Shown here piece by piece: positions 30,987-40,357 of a stretch of 64,000 nucleotides of DNA (positions are counted from its first letter, which is position 1; each line of letters begins with the position of its first letter). This DNA comes from a virus. Its lineage: Duplodnaviria; Heunggongvirae; Uroviricota; Caudoviricetes; Crassvirales. The notes beneath the pieces are model-generated. The model did not search any database, was not told the DNA's origin, and saw nothing but the letters and a program-made list of their open reading frames with translations. The stretch is taken from the IMG/VR virus record IMGVR_UViG_3300046331_000154; one strand, 5' to 3'. The translations under genes were made by a program, and so were the position numbers.

Positions 30987-31194
30987 TATTTTTTTTTATT
31001 TGTTTTATATAATAAATATGTTTTATATAGTGTGTAACTAATTGTTGCTAACAATGCTGTTAATTTTAAAAAATTATCTATGTTTGTAAATGTAAAAGTT
31101 AATGTCGCTATATTTATTAACCATATTTTCAATTCTGTGTAATCCATTAAGTTTGAGGCTTTTTTAATTGTTATTTTTTTTAAAGTATTTTAAT

Positions 31195-31614
31195 TTAATA
31201 TTTTGCAAACACACTACAATTATATTTATTTTTTGTATAATTTCCAACATGTGTGTGTTCAATGTTTAATATATTTTCTTTATGACTTTTACTATTCATA
31301 TACGCTTTAATTAATAATGAATCTGTAGCATACCCATAGGCTAAATTTTCTGAAAAATAAATAGCTTTTGATTTTTCAGAACGTGTTATAAATCCATCAT
31401 GATTTATTTCATTTTTTAAAATCATGTCTTCTACTTTTTCTTTTGCTATTTCCGTTAATAATTTTTCAGAAATTAAATTTTGTAATTGTAAATTACTTCT
31501 TTCTTTATTTATTTCTATAACTAATTCTTTTTCTTCTATTTTTATTGGTTGATATTTTACAATCTCGACAGTATTACAAGAAAACATTAAAATTAAAATT
31601 ATTAATTTTTTCAT
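31195..31614 (-). CDS. secreted CAP/SCP (YkwD-like) domain protein with a lipoprotein-type signal
   Basis: The signal peptide is MKKLIILILMFSC. The motif SENLAYGYATDSLLIKAYMNSKSHKENILNIEHTHVGN resembles the CAP/YkwD GENIA.G...W..S..H..NIL...G signature. Confidence 0.45.
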   Translation of the reverse strand: MKKLIILILMFSCNTVEIVKYQPIKIEEKELVIEINKERSNLQLQNLISEKLLTEIAKEKVEDMILKNEINHDGFITRSEKSKAIYFSENLAYGYATDSLLIKAYMNSKSHKENILNIEHTHVGNYTKNKYNCSVFAKY

Positions 31615-31626
31615 TTAATAAATATT

Positions 31627-31818
31627 TTAAATTTTATCTTTTAATTTTAATATTGTTTCTGTTGCTTTTGTACTTCCCAAATATATAGCGGATATTATTG
31701 TCCATTCTGAACCTGAAAGTACACCTACAAATAATGCAATTGTTGCTATAATAAATACTGTAAATGTTTTACTTATTGCTTTACCAAAATATCTATCAAC
31801 TATTTCTTGTCTACTCAT
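31627..31818 (-). CDS. holin-like small membrane protein (63 aa)
   Basis: One or two transmembrane segments (FTVFIIATIALFVGVLSGSEWTIISAIYLG) with a charged C-terminus. It is adjacent to the endolysin. Confidence 0.45.
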   Translation of the reverse strand: MSRQEIVDRYFGKAISKTFTVFIIATIALFVGVLSGSEWTIISAIYLGSTKATETILKLKDKI

Positions 31819-32153
31819 TTTTTTAATGTGTCATTTATACTTTTAAAACAATGGTTTTTATCTATTTTATCTAATAACCAAACTAATGTCTTACCATAAT
31901 TTGTAAGAGTTTTATCTCTTTCATTTTTGCCTAAAGCACTTGAAATAGTTTCTTCAATATTCCCAAATTTATGCCCTTTGTTGGTTCTTAAAACTTTATT
32001 CCAAAGTGTTCTAAACTCTCTATTTGCAAATTTATCTAAATTTAGTGCTGAACTTAAAAAATAACCTTTTTTATTATCTACAAAAAAGTAATTCGATAAA
32101 CTCAAAGGCAAAAATAAAACATAAGCAACGAAAAATAATATTATTTGTATCAT
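31815..32153 (-). CDS. small membrane-anchored protein (112 aa)
   Basis: N-terminal transmembrane segment MIQIILFFVAYVLFLPLSL. Overlaps the holin-like gene by 4 nt. Confidence 0.4.
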   Translation of the reverse strand: MIQIILFFVAYVLFLPLSLSNYFFVDNKKGYFLSSALNLDKFANREFRTLWNKVLRTNKGHKFGNIEETISSALGKNERDKTLTNYGKTLVWLLDKIDKNHCFKSINDTLKK

Positions 32154-32572
32154 TATATAGGCTCTTCATTTGGAGTTAGTTTTTCAACTACAAACTCTTC
32201 AATTACAGGCTCAGGTGTAAGTTCCCAATCTGTCGGTTCTAATCTATAAATAGTTTTACCACTAGATAATAAATTTGTCGTTGTGTCTATCAACAACCCA
32301 ATTTGTAATTTTTTCCAATCTTTAGCTGTTTTTGATAATCCTTTTAAATCAAAATTAGCATCGATATAATCTGACAATTGATTTATTTGTTCATTGAAAT
32401 ATCTTACTATTCTAGTTTCGTGGCAAACTTTAAATTCATCTATAAGCACATAGTCTTTAACCGTTAATAAATAACCGTCTTTGTCTACTATGTAAGATTC
32501 TACTTCTACGGTAACTATAGACTGTTTATCGCCTCTTTTTTCGTAAAATATTGGTTGTTTTGTTTGTACCAT
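32153..32572 (-). CDS. hypothetical protein (139 aa)
   Basis: ORF, acidic. Confidence 0.4.
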   Translation of the reverse strand: MVQTKQPIFYEKRGDKQSIVTVEVESYIVDKDGYLLTVKDYVLIDEFKVCHETRIVRYFNEQINQLSDYIDANFDLKGLSKTAKDWKKLQIGLLIDTTTNLLSSGKTIYRLEPTDWELTPEPVIEEFVVEKLTPNEEPI

Positions 32573-32584
32573 TTTTATTTTTAT

Positions 32585-34261
32585 TTATTGATTAAACCAT
32601 TGACAAAATATAATTCCACCTGAACCATTACCTCCAGCAGAAGCGTGACCACCACTACCCCCCCCACCATTACCTGTTGCATTACTACCTGCTATAGCAT
32701 TTCTTACACTAGCACCTCCTAGTCCCCAACCTTTAGCTGTATCTCCACCTTTAGCACTAGGTGCACTAGGACCAGCTGTAAGTGAATCACCTCCGTTTTG
32801 ACCAGAGTAGTTTAAATCTCCGTTAATAGCAGTACCGCCTACACCACCAGCTAAAGTACCACCAGTTAATCCACCACCTCCACCATTAGCGGTATATGTA
32901 ACACCTAGTATAGTAAGAGTTGTAGCTGTTCCTGCGTTGCCATTTACACCTAAAGCAGAACCAACCCCAGCAGCACCAATAGCACAAGTATATGTTGTAC
33001 TTGGAGACAATCCTGTAATCCTTTTAAAACAATAACCACCACCACCACCAGCCGAACTTTTAGCTCCCGAAGTTGTGTTTAAAGCCCCAGCTCCACCTCC
33101 TCCAGCTCCTACTAATTCTATATTTAATACGGTATTTACAGTTATATTCGCTGGGGTTGTAAAGGACACACCACTTGTTACAATGATTTGTCCCGTTTGT
33201 GGTGCAACACCGCTACCACTAGGCGCATCAACTTCCACATAGTTTGTTCCATTCCCTTGTAGTATCTTACCGTTTGTGGCTGTACTTGGGTATTTATCTA
33301 ATTTAGTTTCGTCTGCTGTTGTGAATGATGCTGTTGTATTTGTTAATACCGTTGTTAGGGGTTGTTTATTGATTAATTGTGTTTGAATGGCACTTGTAAC
33401 GCCTTTTACGTGTGCTATTTCATCTGGACTTGCATAACTTGTAGGCGATAGAGGCGATATATCTCCACTTGTACCAATACTTAATATTGAAGGAACTCCT
33501 ATTGATGGAATTCTAACCGTTCCTGTAAAAGTAGGACTTGCTAATGGTGCTTTTAAAGCCAAAGCATCAAAAACGGCATCTTGACTTGGAGCAGTTTCAG
33601 TTACGCCATTTGTAATTATTTGAACAACCTTTGCATCAGCAATAGTCTGAACTTGACTAGCTGTTTGATAGCCACTAGGATTAGAAATATCATATTTATC
33701 TAGCCATTTGGAAGCATTTTCAAATGTAAATGGTGTAATCCATTTATTTGTAACTGTTCCAGCATCAACTTCTAATTGTGATGCTTGATATGAATCTTTA
33801 TGATAAACCCATTTTGTTCCATCTGAAGCATAGCCCCCTTCAGGATAATATGTACCACCTAAACTTCCTGGTAACCAAGAAGTTCCTTCTGAATTTTTAA
33901 CAATCCATATTTGATATATTACAGTTGTTGGATCTGGTAAATCCGAATATGTTTCTACAAATTGATCTGCAGGTATAGCGCCCGTATCTCCACCACCATC
34001 ACCTCCTACATTAAAAAAAAAACCTGTATTAACAGTATAAAATGTTTCCCATTCTTCTTGAGTGTAGGGTGTATCGTTTTCTTTTAATATATTAGGTACA
34101 TTTACAATAGCTACACATTTACTTGTAACACTATTAAAATATATATAATATTCATTTGTTAATTCTTTTTTATCTACATATATATTTGTAATAGGAAACT
34201 CAGAAATAATATCTGGACCTGTTATAATTATATAATTATTTTTTTTATATATTTTATTCAT
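32585..34261 (-). CDS. tail fibre protein with a glycine-rich C-terminal domain (558 aa)
   Basis: The C-terminal half is packed with GGGG / GxGG tracts (GGGGAGALNTTSGAKSSAGGGGGY ... GNGGGGSGGHASAGGNGSGG). An internal A10/T10 homopolymer encodes FFF. Confidence 0.55.
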   Translation of the reverse strand: MNKIYKKNNYIIITGPDIISEFPITNIYVDKKELTNEYYIYFNSVTSKCVAIVNVPNILKENDTPYTQEEWETFYTVNTGFFFNVGGDGGGDTGAIPADQFVETYSDLPDPTTVIYQIWIVKNSEGTSWLPGSLGGTYYPEGGYASDGTKWVYHKDSYQASQLEVDAGTVTNKWITPFTFENASKWLDKYDISNPSGYQTASQVQTIADAKVVQIITNGVTETAPSQDAVFDALALKAPLASPTFTGTVRIPSIGVPSILSIGTSGDISPLSPTSYASPDEIAHVKGVTSAIQTQLINKQPLTTVLTNTTASFTTADETKLDKYPSTATNGKILQGNGTNYVEVDAPSGSGVAPQTGQIIVTSGVSFTTPANITVNTVLNIELVGAGGGGAGALNTTSGAKSSAGGGGGYCFKRITGLSPSTTYTCAIGAAGVGSALGVNGNAGTATTLTILGVTYTANGGGGGLTGGTLAGGVGGTAINGDLNYSGQNGGDSLTAGPSAPSAKGGDTAKGWGLGGASVRNAIAGSNATGNGGGGSGGHASAGGNGSGGIIFCQWFNQ

Positions 34262-34297
34262 TTAATTATGCTATTAAATTTGCCATTTTTTATTTTA

Positions 34298-37279
34298 TTA
34301 AGTTATCCAATTTGTACCGTTAAAAAATACCTTGCAAACTACTGCACCACCACCAACGGCTGTTCCTAAATAAGTAGGTGTCAAAGCATCTGTAACGTAA
34401 GCTAAATCCCCTTGTGCTCCTGTTGGTAAAGTTGCTACTGTGTACTGTGCTAATCTTTGTATTTGTTTAGCTTCTACAAATTCTTTAGTTGCTATCGCTT
34501 TTCCTGTAACCTCTGCCACTATCAAAGCATTGGTAACACTAGGTAAGGTCGCTAAACCGTTTTTTAATACAACAAAAGCGTTACTTCTCGATGCTGTTGA
34601 TATTCCATTCCCTAGTGTAAAAGCTCTATCAGTACTTACCGCTACTGTTGTTGAGGATGGTGTTGTTTGTAAAGCAAACTCCCCCATTACAACCTCACCG
34701 CAAGATGGATTTATATGCCCTATTCCTTGCAGGAATGCCCTAACTGCGTTAACTGTAAGGAAGTTACCTAACGCAAAAGCATTTAATCCACTTACCACAT
34801 TTAAACTGCCAAGTACATAAGATTGTTGACCACTTGCTGTGTTACCACTACCATTTAAAATTACTGAATTAGCACCACTTGCTGTGTTACCACTACCATT
34901 TAAAATTACTGAATTAGCACCACTTGCTGTATTTGAACCTCCTCCTAAAATTACTGAACTACCACCACTTGCTGTGTTACCACTACCATTTAAAATTACT
35001 GAATCTTGTCCAGAACCTATATTGTCAGTTCCTGTAACAAACGATCTTGATCCAGTCGCGCCTCGTGTTGAAGATGCTCCTGTTGACCTTGAAAAATCAA
35101 AAGCGTCTAAACCTACATTCCCAAAATTAGCAGCAGTACGACCATTTATAACATAACCTATTCCGTTTCCTTCGTTTAAAGGAACTAAAACAGAATTTAA
35201 ACTAACCACATCCAACTGTCCTTTATTAACCGCTTGTGTGCTTGTTGTTGCATTTGGAACAATAACCGAGCCTGTAAAAGTAGGATTTTCTAGATTGGCT
35301 TTTAAATTTAAATCAGTTGTTAAGTTTGTTACTTTTGCTTGTCCTAATGTAGGAATATCCGATTCAATTAAATCTGCACCAGCTATAACAATTCCTTCAT
35401 TGTTATATGTAATTTTAGTTTTTGTTGCACCAGTAATAAAAGATCTATCTGCTTTTGAGTTATCTAAAATTGTAGTTTGTTCAGAAACATAATCAATTAC
35501 CGCTTGTTCACTAGGTGCTGTTTCTGTAATACCTACTCTAACTTCTTGACTTACTTGGTTTAATAATAAAGGTATTTCTTCTTCAAAATCTGTATCACCA
35601 ACATTTAATAAAAAAGCCTGTAATTTATTTGTTGGAACTGTTGGAGATATTGCAGTACCTGTTGTTTCAACACCTAAAATTAATTCTGCAGTGTTTAATT
35701 GATTTAAAACAATTAAATCTGTCCTACTAAATCCATTTTCACATAATGGTACTGTGATATTTTGAACAACGGTATTGTTATATAATTCTCTATTAATTTT
35801 CCAATTCCAGTTTGAATCTATTCGTAAATTTGTAGAACTTGTTTTTTCATAAGTACCAACAGTTACAATATAACTATTTCTATTTAATAAACTTTCAATT
35901 TCTTCAAATCTAAAATCAATAGTTGTTTTATAATCTTCACTTAAATTAGCAGTAATTGAAGGTGTTAATGGATTATAAGAAAATTCAATATTGTCACTAT
36001 TTTGTAAAATAGTACCGACTGCTTCTTGAGCAAGTGTGTCAGTATATTGTGTTATATTATCATTATTTGAAGATATAGTATACGGTGAATCAATTGTACC
36101 TAATCCTGTAATACTAATATTTGTACCAGCCTCTAGTATAGTTTCAGAACCATCAGATATTGATGGTAAAACACTTTCTAAATATTCTTTTGTTATAACT
36201 GATTTACCTGTTATATCTGCAGTAATTAACGCATTAGTAACACTTGGTAATGTTAAAAAACCATTTTTTAATAATTTTAATGCATCACTACGACTAAAAT
36301 CAGACCATCTTCCAGAAGTTGTAACAACTGTACCATTACCAATTATAAATAAAGGTGTTGTTGAATCATTTACAACATCGGATGTATTTATGTAATCAAG
36401 ATTTGCTTGACCCAACACTGTTGTACCAAAACTTTTGTTAATTAATGCTGCTCCTGCAGTTAAACTTGCAGAACCAAACACATAATTTCCTTGACCAAAA
36501 ACAGCACTATTACCTAAAGTGTTATTATTTATTTCATTAAATGAACCAGATAAGAAATTATATTTTGATTGGTTAAAATTATTTTTACCAGTTAAAAAAG
36601 AATAATTACTTTGATTTGTCGAACGACTATATTTTGCAAAAATTGAATCACCCTCACCTTCTGCGGATACATTATAACCTTTTGTGAAAGTATAATCGCC
36701 TAAAGCACCATATACTTCTTGAGGATGTACACCATTTTGACTAGTTTGACCATCAACATCACCATCCGCACCAATTAAAGCGTTACTAAAATCATAAGAA
36801 TATGCACCAATATCTCCAAATTGAGATTCGTTTCTATTTCTTGGAAAATAACTATTATTTGTAGTATTAAATGGTGAAGATAATCCTGTTATAACATAGG
36901 GGTCTTCAGTAGTTCCAATTCCTCCAAGTGTAATATAATCACCTTCTTCTATAAATGTAGAAATTAAAGGTATTTCAACTTGAAAAAAGTTATATTTTTT
37001 ATTAGAATAATCAATTTCAAAAGTTTCAATTCCATTTGGATATTGAAAGTCTGTAGTTAACAATCCTGTATTTTCTTGACCAACAAGAACTTCTTCCCAC
37101 TTCCAAGAAGTTTTTTCTTCCGCACAGTATACAACTAATCCTTTATAATAAGAATAAGCCAAATTAGAACCTGTTCCTAAATTAGAAAGTGTATTTTCAT
37201 CTTTAGAGTATGTTTTAATATCTAAAGGTATTTGGGAAAGAATGTTTAACCCCCCTAATATATTACTATAATCAGACAT
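34298..37279 (-). CDS. tail fibre or tailspike protein (993 aa) with 15-aa tandem repeats
   Basis: Repeats of NSVILNGSGNTASGA are encoded by 45-bp units. The protein is Ser/Thr/Asn/Gly-rich, as fibres are. Confidence 0.55.
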   Translation of the reverse strand: MSDYSNILGGLNILSQIPLDIKTYSKDENTLSNLGTGSNLAYSYYKGLVVYCAEEKTSWKWEEVLVGQENTGLLTTDFQYPNGIETFEIDYSNKKYNFFQVEIPLISTFIEEGDYITLGGIGTTEDPYVITGLSSPFNTTNNSYFPRNRNESQFGDIGAYSYDFSNALIGADGDVDGQTSQNGVHPQEVYGALGDYTFTKGYNVSAEGEGDSIFAKYSRSTNQSNYSFLTGKNNFNQSKYNFLSGSFNEINNNTLGNSAVFGQGNYVFGSASLTAGAALINKSFGTTVLGQANLDYINTSDVVNDSTTPLFIIGNGTVVTTSGRWSDFSRSDALKLLKNGFLTLPSVTNALITADITGKSVITKEYLESVLPSISDGSETILEAGTNISITGLGTIDSPYTISSNNDNITQYTDTLAQEAVGTILQNSDNIEFSYNPLTPSITANLSEDYKTTIDFRFEEIESLLNRNSYIVTVGTYEKTSSTNLRIDSNWNWKINRELYNNTVVQNITVPLCENGFSRTDLIVLNQLNTAELILGVETTGTAISPTVPTNKLQAFLLNVGDTDFEEEIPLLLNQVSQEVRVGITETAPSEQAVIDYVSEQTTILDNSKADRSFITGATKTKITYNNEGIVIAGADLIESDIPTLGQAKVTNLTTDLNLKANLENPTFTGSVIVPNATTSTQAVNKGQLDVVSLNSVLVPLNEGNGIGYVINGRTAANFGNVGLDAFDFSRSTGASSTRGATGSRSFVTGTDNIGSGQDSVILNGSGNTASGGSSVILGGGSNTASGANSVILNGSGNTASGANSVILNGSGNTASGQQSYVLGSLNVVSGLNAFALGNFLTVNAVRAFLQGIGHINPSCGEVVMGEFALQTTPSSTTVAVSTDRAFTLGNGISTASRSNAFVVLKNGLATLPSVTNALIVAEVTGKAIATKEFVEAKQIQRLAQYTVATLPTGAQGDLAYVTDALTPTYLGTAVGGGAVVCKVFFNGTNWIT
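34830..35009. repeat. 4 x 45-bp in-frame tandem repeat inside the tail-fibre gene
   Basis: The unit ccacttgctgtgttaccactaccatttaaaattactgaattagca recurs at 34830, 34875, 34920 (variant) and 34965. It accounts for the mirror + strand ORF at 34839-35156. Confidence 0.85.
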
Positions 37280-37281
37280 AG

Positions 37282-37935
37282 TTATTCTTGTTTTATTATT
37301 TTAATATATATATCTCCGTAAGCATATATATTTTTTGACATTATTACTTTGTATCTGTTATCATAATCAGAATACACATCAAACATTTCTGTAATATCGT
37401 TATTTAAAATATCATATATTTTAAAACGTTCAAAAGAATCATTATCTGGTAAATAAAAACAAATTCTACCAAAATTATTAAAAATTAAATTTAAACCTTT
37501 TGAAAAATTACTAAATGTGTTTTTTGATTTAGGTGTTAAATAATTAGAATCTTGAACTAAAACTTTTAATTCTTCAAAATCAATTGTTAAATCTGTTTCT
37601 TTCCAATAACTAATATAATTAATTGATGGTGTTGTATTTGTAGATATTGATGAATTTTGAAATTTAGATGTTTTAGATTGATTACTAATTGTTATTTTTG
37701 GATATGTTTTACATATATCCATAGATTTATAAAAAAGATCATTGTATAATAATGTCAACATATCAATTTCTGAAGTAGTTAAACTTTCCTTGCATCTTGT
37801 TAATAATTTATACATTGCATCTAATACATAAATATCTGTAGAATTTAATTTTCCAAAAACAATAGCATTATTAAAAGATTTATTTAAACTACCATAGGTT
37901 GTTAGTGTGTGTTCTTTTTGATTATTTCTTAACAT
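37282..37935 (-). CDS. hypothetical structural-module protein (217 aa)
   Basis: ORF. Confidence 0.4.
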   Translation of the reverse strand: MLRNNQKEHTLTTYGSLNKSFNNAIVFGKLNSTDIYVLDAMYKLLTRCKESLTTSEIDMLTLLYNDLFYKSMDICKTYPKITISNQSKTSKFQNSSISTNTTPSINYISYWKETDLTIDFEELKVLVQDSNYLTPKSKNTFSNFSKGLNLIFNNFGRICFYLPDNDSFERFKIYDILNNDITEMFDVYSDYDNRYKVIMSKNIYAYGDIYIKIIKQE

Positions 37936-38511
37936 TTATATTTGTATAAAATTATTACAGCTAATACACTCAATAGATTTACAAGTATTGCAATTATTTA
38001 ATCCACACAATTGTTTTAATTTTTTTACCATTGAAATAGCTTCTGTATAATATGCAATATCTATTGATTTAACTATTGTGTCAATTAACATATTTATTGT
38101 AATTACTTTTTGATTTATTTTATCAGTATTACAAGAAGTACAATCTAGAGGTATTTCTAATAAACTCGCAAGTAAACATCCATAGTATTGTGATAAATCA
38201 TAAGTTATACCTATTGAAGGAGATAGTAAATTACCACAATCATCTAAATCTTCAAAAGAACTTGTAATTTCTATAAAACATATATCTTCAAATTTTTCAA
38301 GACCTATTGATTCTGCAGTAATTACTAAATCTTCAACATTAGAAGACTGTTCTAAATATTCCGATAGGTCAATAGCAACTTCTGTTTTTTTAAAATCATT
38401 CATTTTCCAAAAGAAAATAGAAGATATAATGTGTCCTATATTTGTAGTAACATTAATATTTAAATTTAAACCATTGTCAGTTATTTTTAAATTATTTATT
38501 AGTATTGACAT
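37936..38511 (-). CDS. Cys-rich hypothetical protein (191 aa)
   Basis: C-terminal CxxC pairs (CNTCKSIECISCN). Confidence 0.4.
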   Translation of the reverse strand: MSILINNLKITDNGLNLNINVTTNIGHIISSIFFWKMNDFKKTEVAIDLSEYLEQSSNVEDLVITAESIGLEKFEDICFIEITSSFEDLDDCGNLLSPSIGITYDLSQYYGCLLASLLEIPLDCTSCNTDKINQKVITINMLIDTIVKSIDIAYYTEAISMVKKLKQLCGLNNCNTCKSIECISCNNFIQI

Positions 38512-38520
38512 ATTTTTGAT

Positions 38521-38560
38521 ATAAAAAAAGGGAAAAGAAAATTTTAGTCTCTTTTCCCTT
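38521..38560 (-). terminator. strong rho-independent terminator after the 337-aa structural gene
   Basis: On the minus-strand RNA, a perfect 10-bp stem AAGGGAAAAG / CUUUUCCCUU is followed by U7. Confidence 0.65.
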
Positions 38561-38587
38561 TAAGGTTAATTTTTTAATAATTTAAGA

Positions 38588-39601
38588 TTATACTACTGCT
38601 AAGTTTGCAGGAATTGTAGCATTTGGAGCTACAACTCTAAGTTTAGCAAGATAACCATTAATTGCAGCGTTTGTAGCAATAGTACCAACTGTAAAAGGCA
38701 TAACTACCGTTAATTCTTTAAATTGTCTTTCTACATTAACACCGTCACGATCTTTATGAAATCCTATAACAACTGTGTTATAAGTACCAGTTTTGTTAGC
38801 TTTATAATCTACATTAAAGTTGTTTGGATAACCCATTTCTCTACCATAGTCTGCATTTTCATATCCTTTTAATGAATATTCTGCAAGAGCAACTTGTTTA
38901 CCTGTACCAACACCTGGTTTAGGTGCTTGTGTAGTAGCAATAGTTAAAATACTATAAGAACTACCAGATACTGCTAATGATGCTGGAGAATTGTCTACAA
39001 CGTTTTCTTCAACTTCAAATTGTGTAGCATCACCAGAATCTTTACCTAAGATAAAAGATTGATTTGTTGCTGTAACTACAAGAGTTGTACCAGACACTGC
39101 CGCTGAAATAAAATCAATTTCACCTGAACGTTTTAGTGAACTGTTTAAGCTTCTTACTAATTCTGTTAATACAGTTGCATGTGTAACAGTTCCTACTGCA
39201 GGAGTTACATAAAATCCATGTACATGTCTAAAGTTTTCAGGAGATTGAATTGCATCAAACAATTTTATAGATACTCTATAAGTAGCATTTACTGTAGCAT
39301 TTCCTGTAAATCCAGATACTGTTACAATCTTAGGCACTTCTGCACTATATGCACCAAGTTTAACATAATCAATTTGTAATGGATCAACTGTATCACTAGC
39401 ATCAATACCTGTTGAAGTTGTGTTGTTTTTTACTACAACTTTAAATGGTAAATTAGCAGCTGCTGCTGAACCATCTGCTTTAACTACAACTATCTCACCG
39501 ATAGAACCTGTTGCAACAAATGTTGAATTTGTAGTTTCTGAAGCTACTGCGTCAGCAATAATTAATTTACCTACATTTTTTGGAGAAATTATACTCGCCA
39601 T
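38588..39601 (-). CDS. abundant virion structural protein, Ala/Val/Thr-rich and beta-rich (337 aa); head decoration, ring or tail-tube candidate
   Basis: The composition (AAAANLPFKVVVKNNTTSTG...) is typical of Ig-like or beta-sandwich structural proteins. A strong terminator directly downstream suggests high expression. Confidence 0.45.
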   Translation of the reverse strand: MASIISPKNVGKLIIADAVASETTNSTFVATGSIGEIVVVKADGSAAAANLPFKVVVKNNTTSTGIDASDTVDPLQIDYVKLGAYSAEVPKIVTVSGFTGNATVNATYRVSIKLFDAIQSPENFRHVHGFYVTPAVGTVTHATVLTELVRSLNSSLKRSGEIDFISAAVSGTTLVVTATNQSFILGKDSGDATQFEVEENVVDNSPASLAVSGSSYSILTIATTQAPKPGVGTGKQVALAEYSLKGYENADYGREMGYPNNFNVDYKANKTGTYNTVVIGFHKDRDGVNVERQFKELTVVMPFTVGTIATNAAINGYLAKLRVVAPNATIPANLAVV

Positions 39602-39613
39602 ATTTTTAATTTT

Positions 39614-40354
39614 TTAATTGTTTCTATTATTTAATTGAACTTTATTTTGTAAAGTGTTTTCTTTATAATCTCTGTGTGCTAATTCAACAGCACGATCTAA
39701 TATTTCTCTATGAATTTCATCATTTAAACGACAACTATCTTCAATTTGTCTACCATCTATTGACAAGTTCATTCCTGCAAATTCAGGATCTGTAGATAAA
39801 TTGGTTAATATAATTGGTGTTGGATATTTTAAATATCTTAGGTGATATGTTTCTACAGGTCTATCTGTAATTATTTCTACTTGATAATTCCCCGAAGATG
39901 AACTAATATCTACTCTCCAAGCTATGTCTTTATTAGGTTTTTTAAAAGGGTTTTTAACATCACTATTAAAAAAATCTAAAGGAATAGGTTTTACAGGTAT
40001 TTCGTAGTTACAATTGTTTTGAACATATCTAACACTTTCGTATTTTATTAAAAATACATCATTTGGTAATTTAAAAAATTTAGAATGTAAATTATCTGTA
40101 ATTTTTGCTTCTAAATTATACCCTTTTGTTGTTTTATAATCAACAATTAACTCTTTTAGATCTGTTCTTCTTTTGTCAGACGCATCAAATCCTTTTTGAT
40201 ATTTGTTTACAACACCGTTGTATTCTTTGACTATCTCATATTGTGCCTTTGTTAAATAAACACTTATTTCATATTTGTCTAAACCAGGTGCAGAATTTGA
40301 ACTTATATTGTTATAAAGAATGTTAAACTCGTTGTAAAATTCAGACGTTATCAT
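39614..40354 (-). CDS. hypothetical structural protein (246 aa)
   Basis: ORF between capsid-associated genes. Confidence 0.4.
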   Translation of the reverse strand: MITSEFYNEFNILYNNISSNSAPGLDKYEISVYLTKAQYEIVKEYNGVVNKYQKGFDASDKRRTDLKELIVDYKTTKGYNLEAKITDNLHSKFFKLPNDVFLIKYESVRYVQNNCNYEIPVKPIPLDFFNSDVKNPFKKPNKDIAWRVDISSSSGNYQVEIITDRPVETYHLRYLKYPTPIILTNLSTDPEFAGMNLSIDGRQIEDSCRLNDEIHREILDRAVELAHRDYKENTLQNKVQLNNRNN

Positions 40355-40357
40355 AAA

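Noticed and set aside
34830-35009. Tandem repeat array considered as a CRISPR array
   Set aside because: The units are contiguous with no spacers, are in frame within a long ORF and translate to a sensible 15-aa protein repeat. No cas genes are nearby.
34440-35156. + strand ORFs 34440-34820 and 34839-35156, with the striking repeated peptide LPLPFKITELAPLAV
   Set aside because: They are the reverse-strand shadow of the 45-bp tandem repeats and the Gly/Ser-rich coding sequence of the minus-strand tail-fibre gene. They are not independent genes.
32585-37279. Diversity-generating retroelement targeting the tail fibres
   Set aside because: No reverse-transcriptase motif (YxDD) occurs in any ORF of the window, and no template-repeat/variable-repeat pair with adenine-specific mismatches was seen. 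The repeats present are simple tandem duplications.
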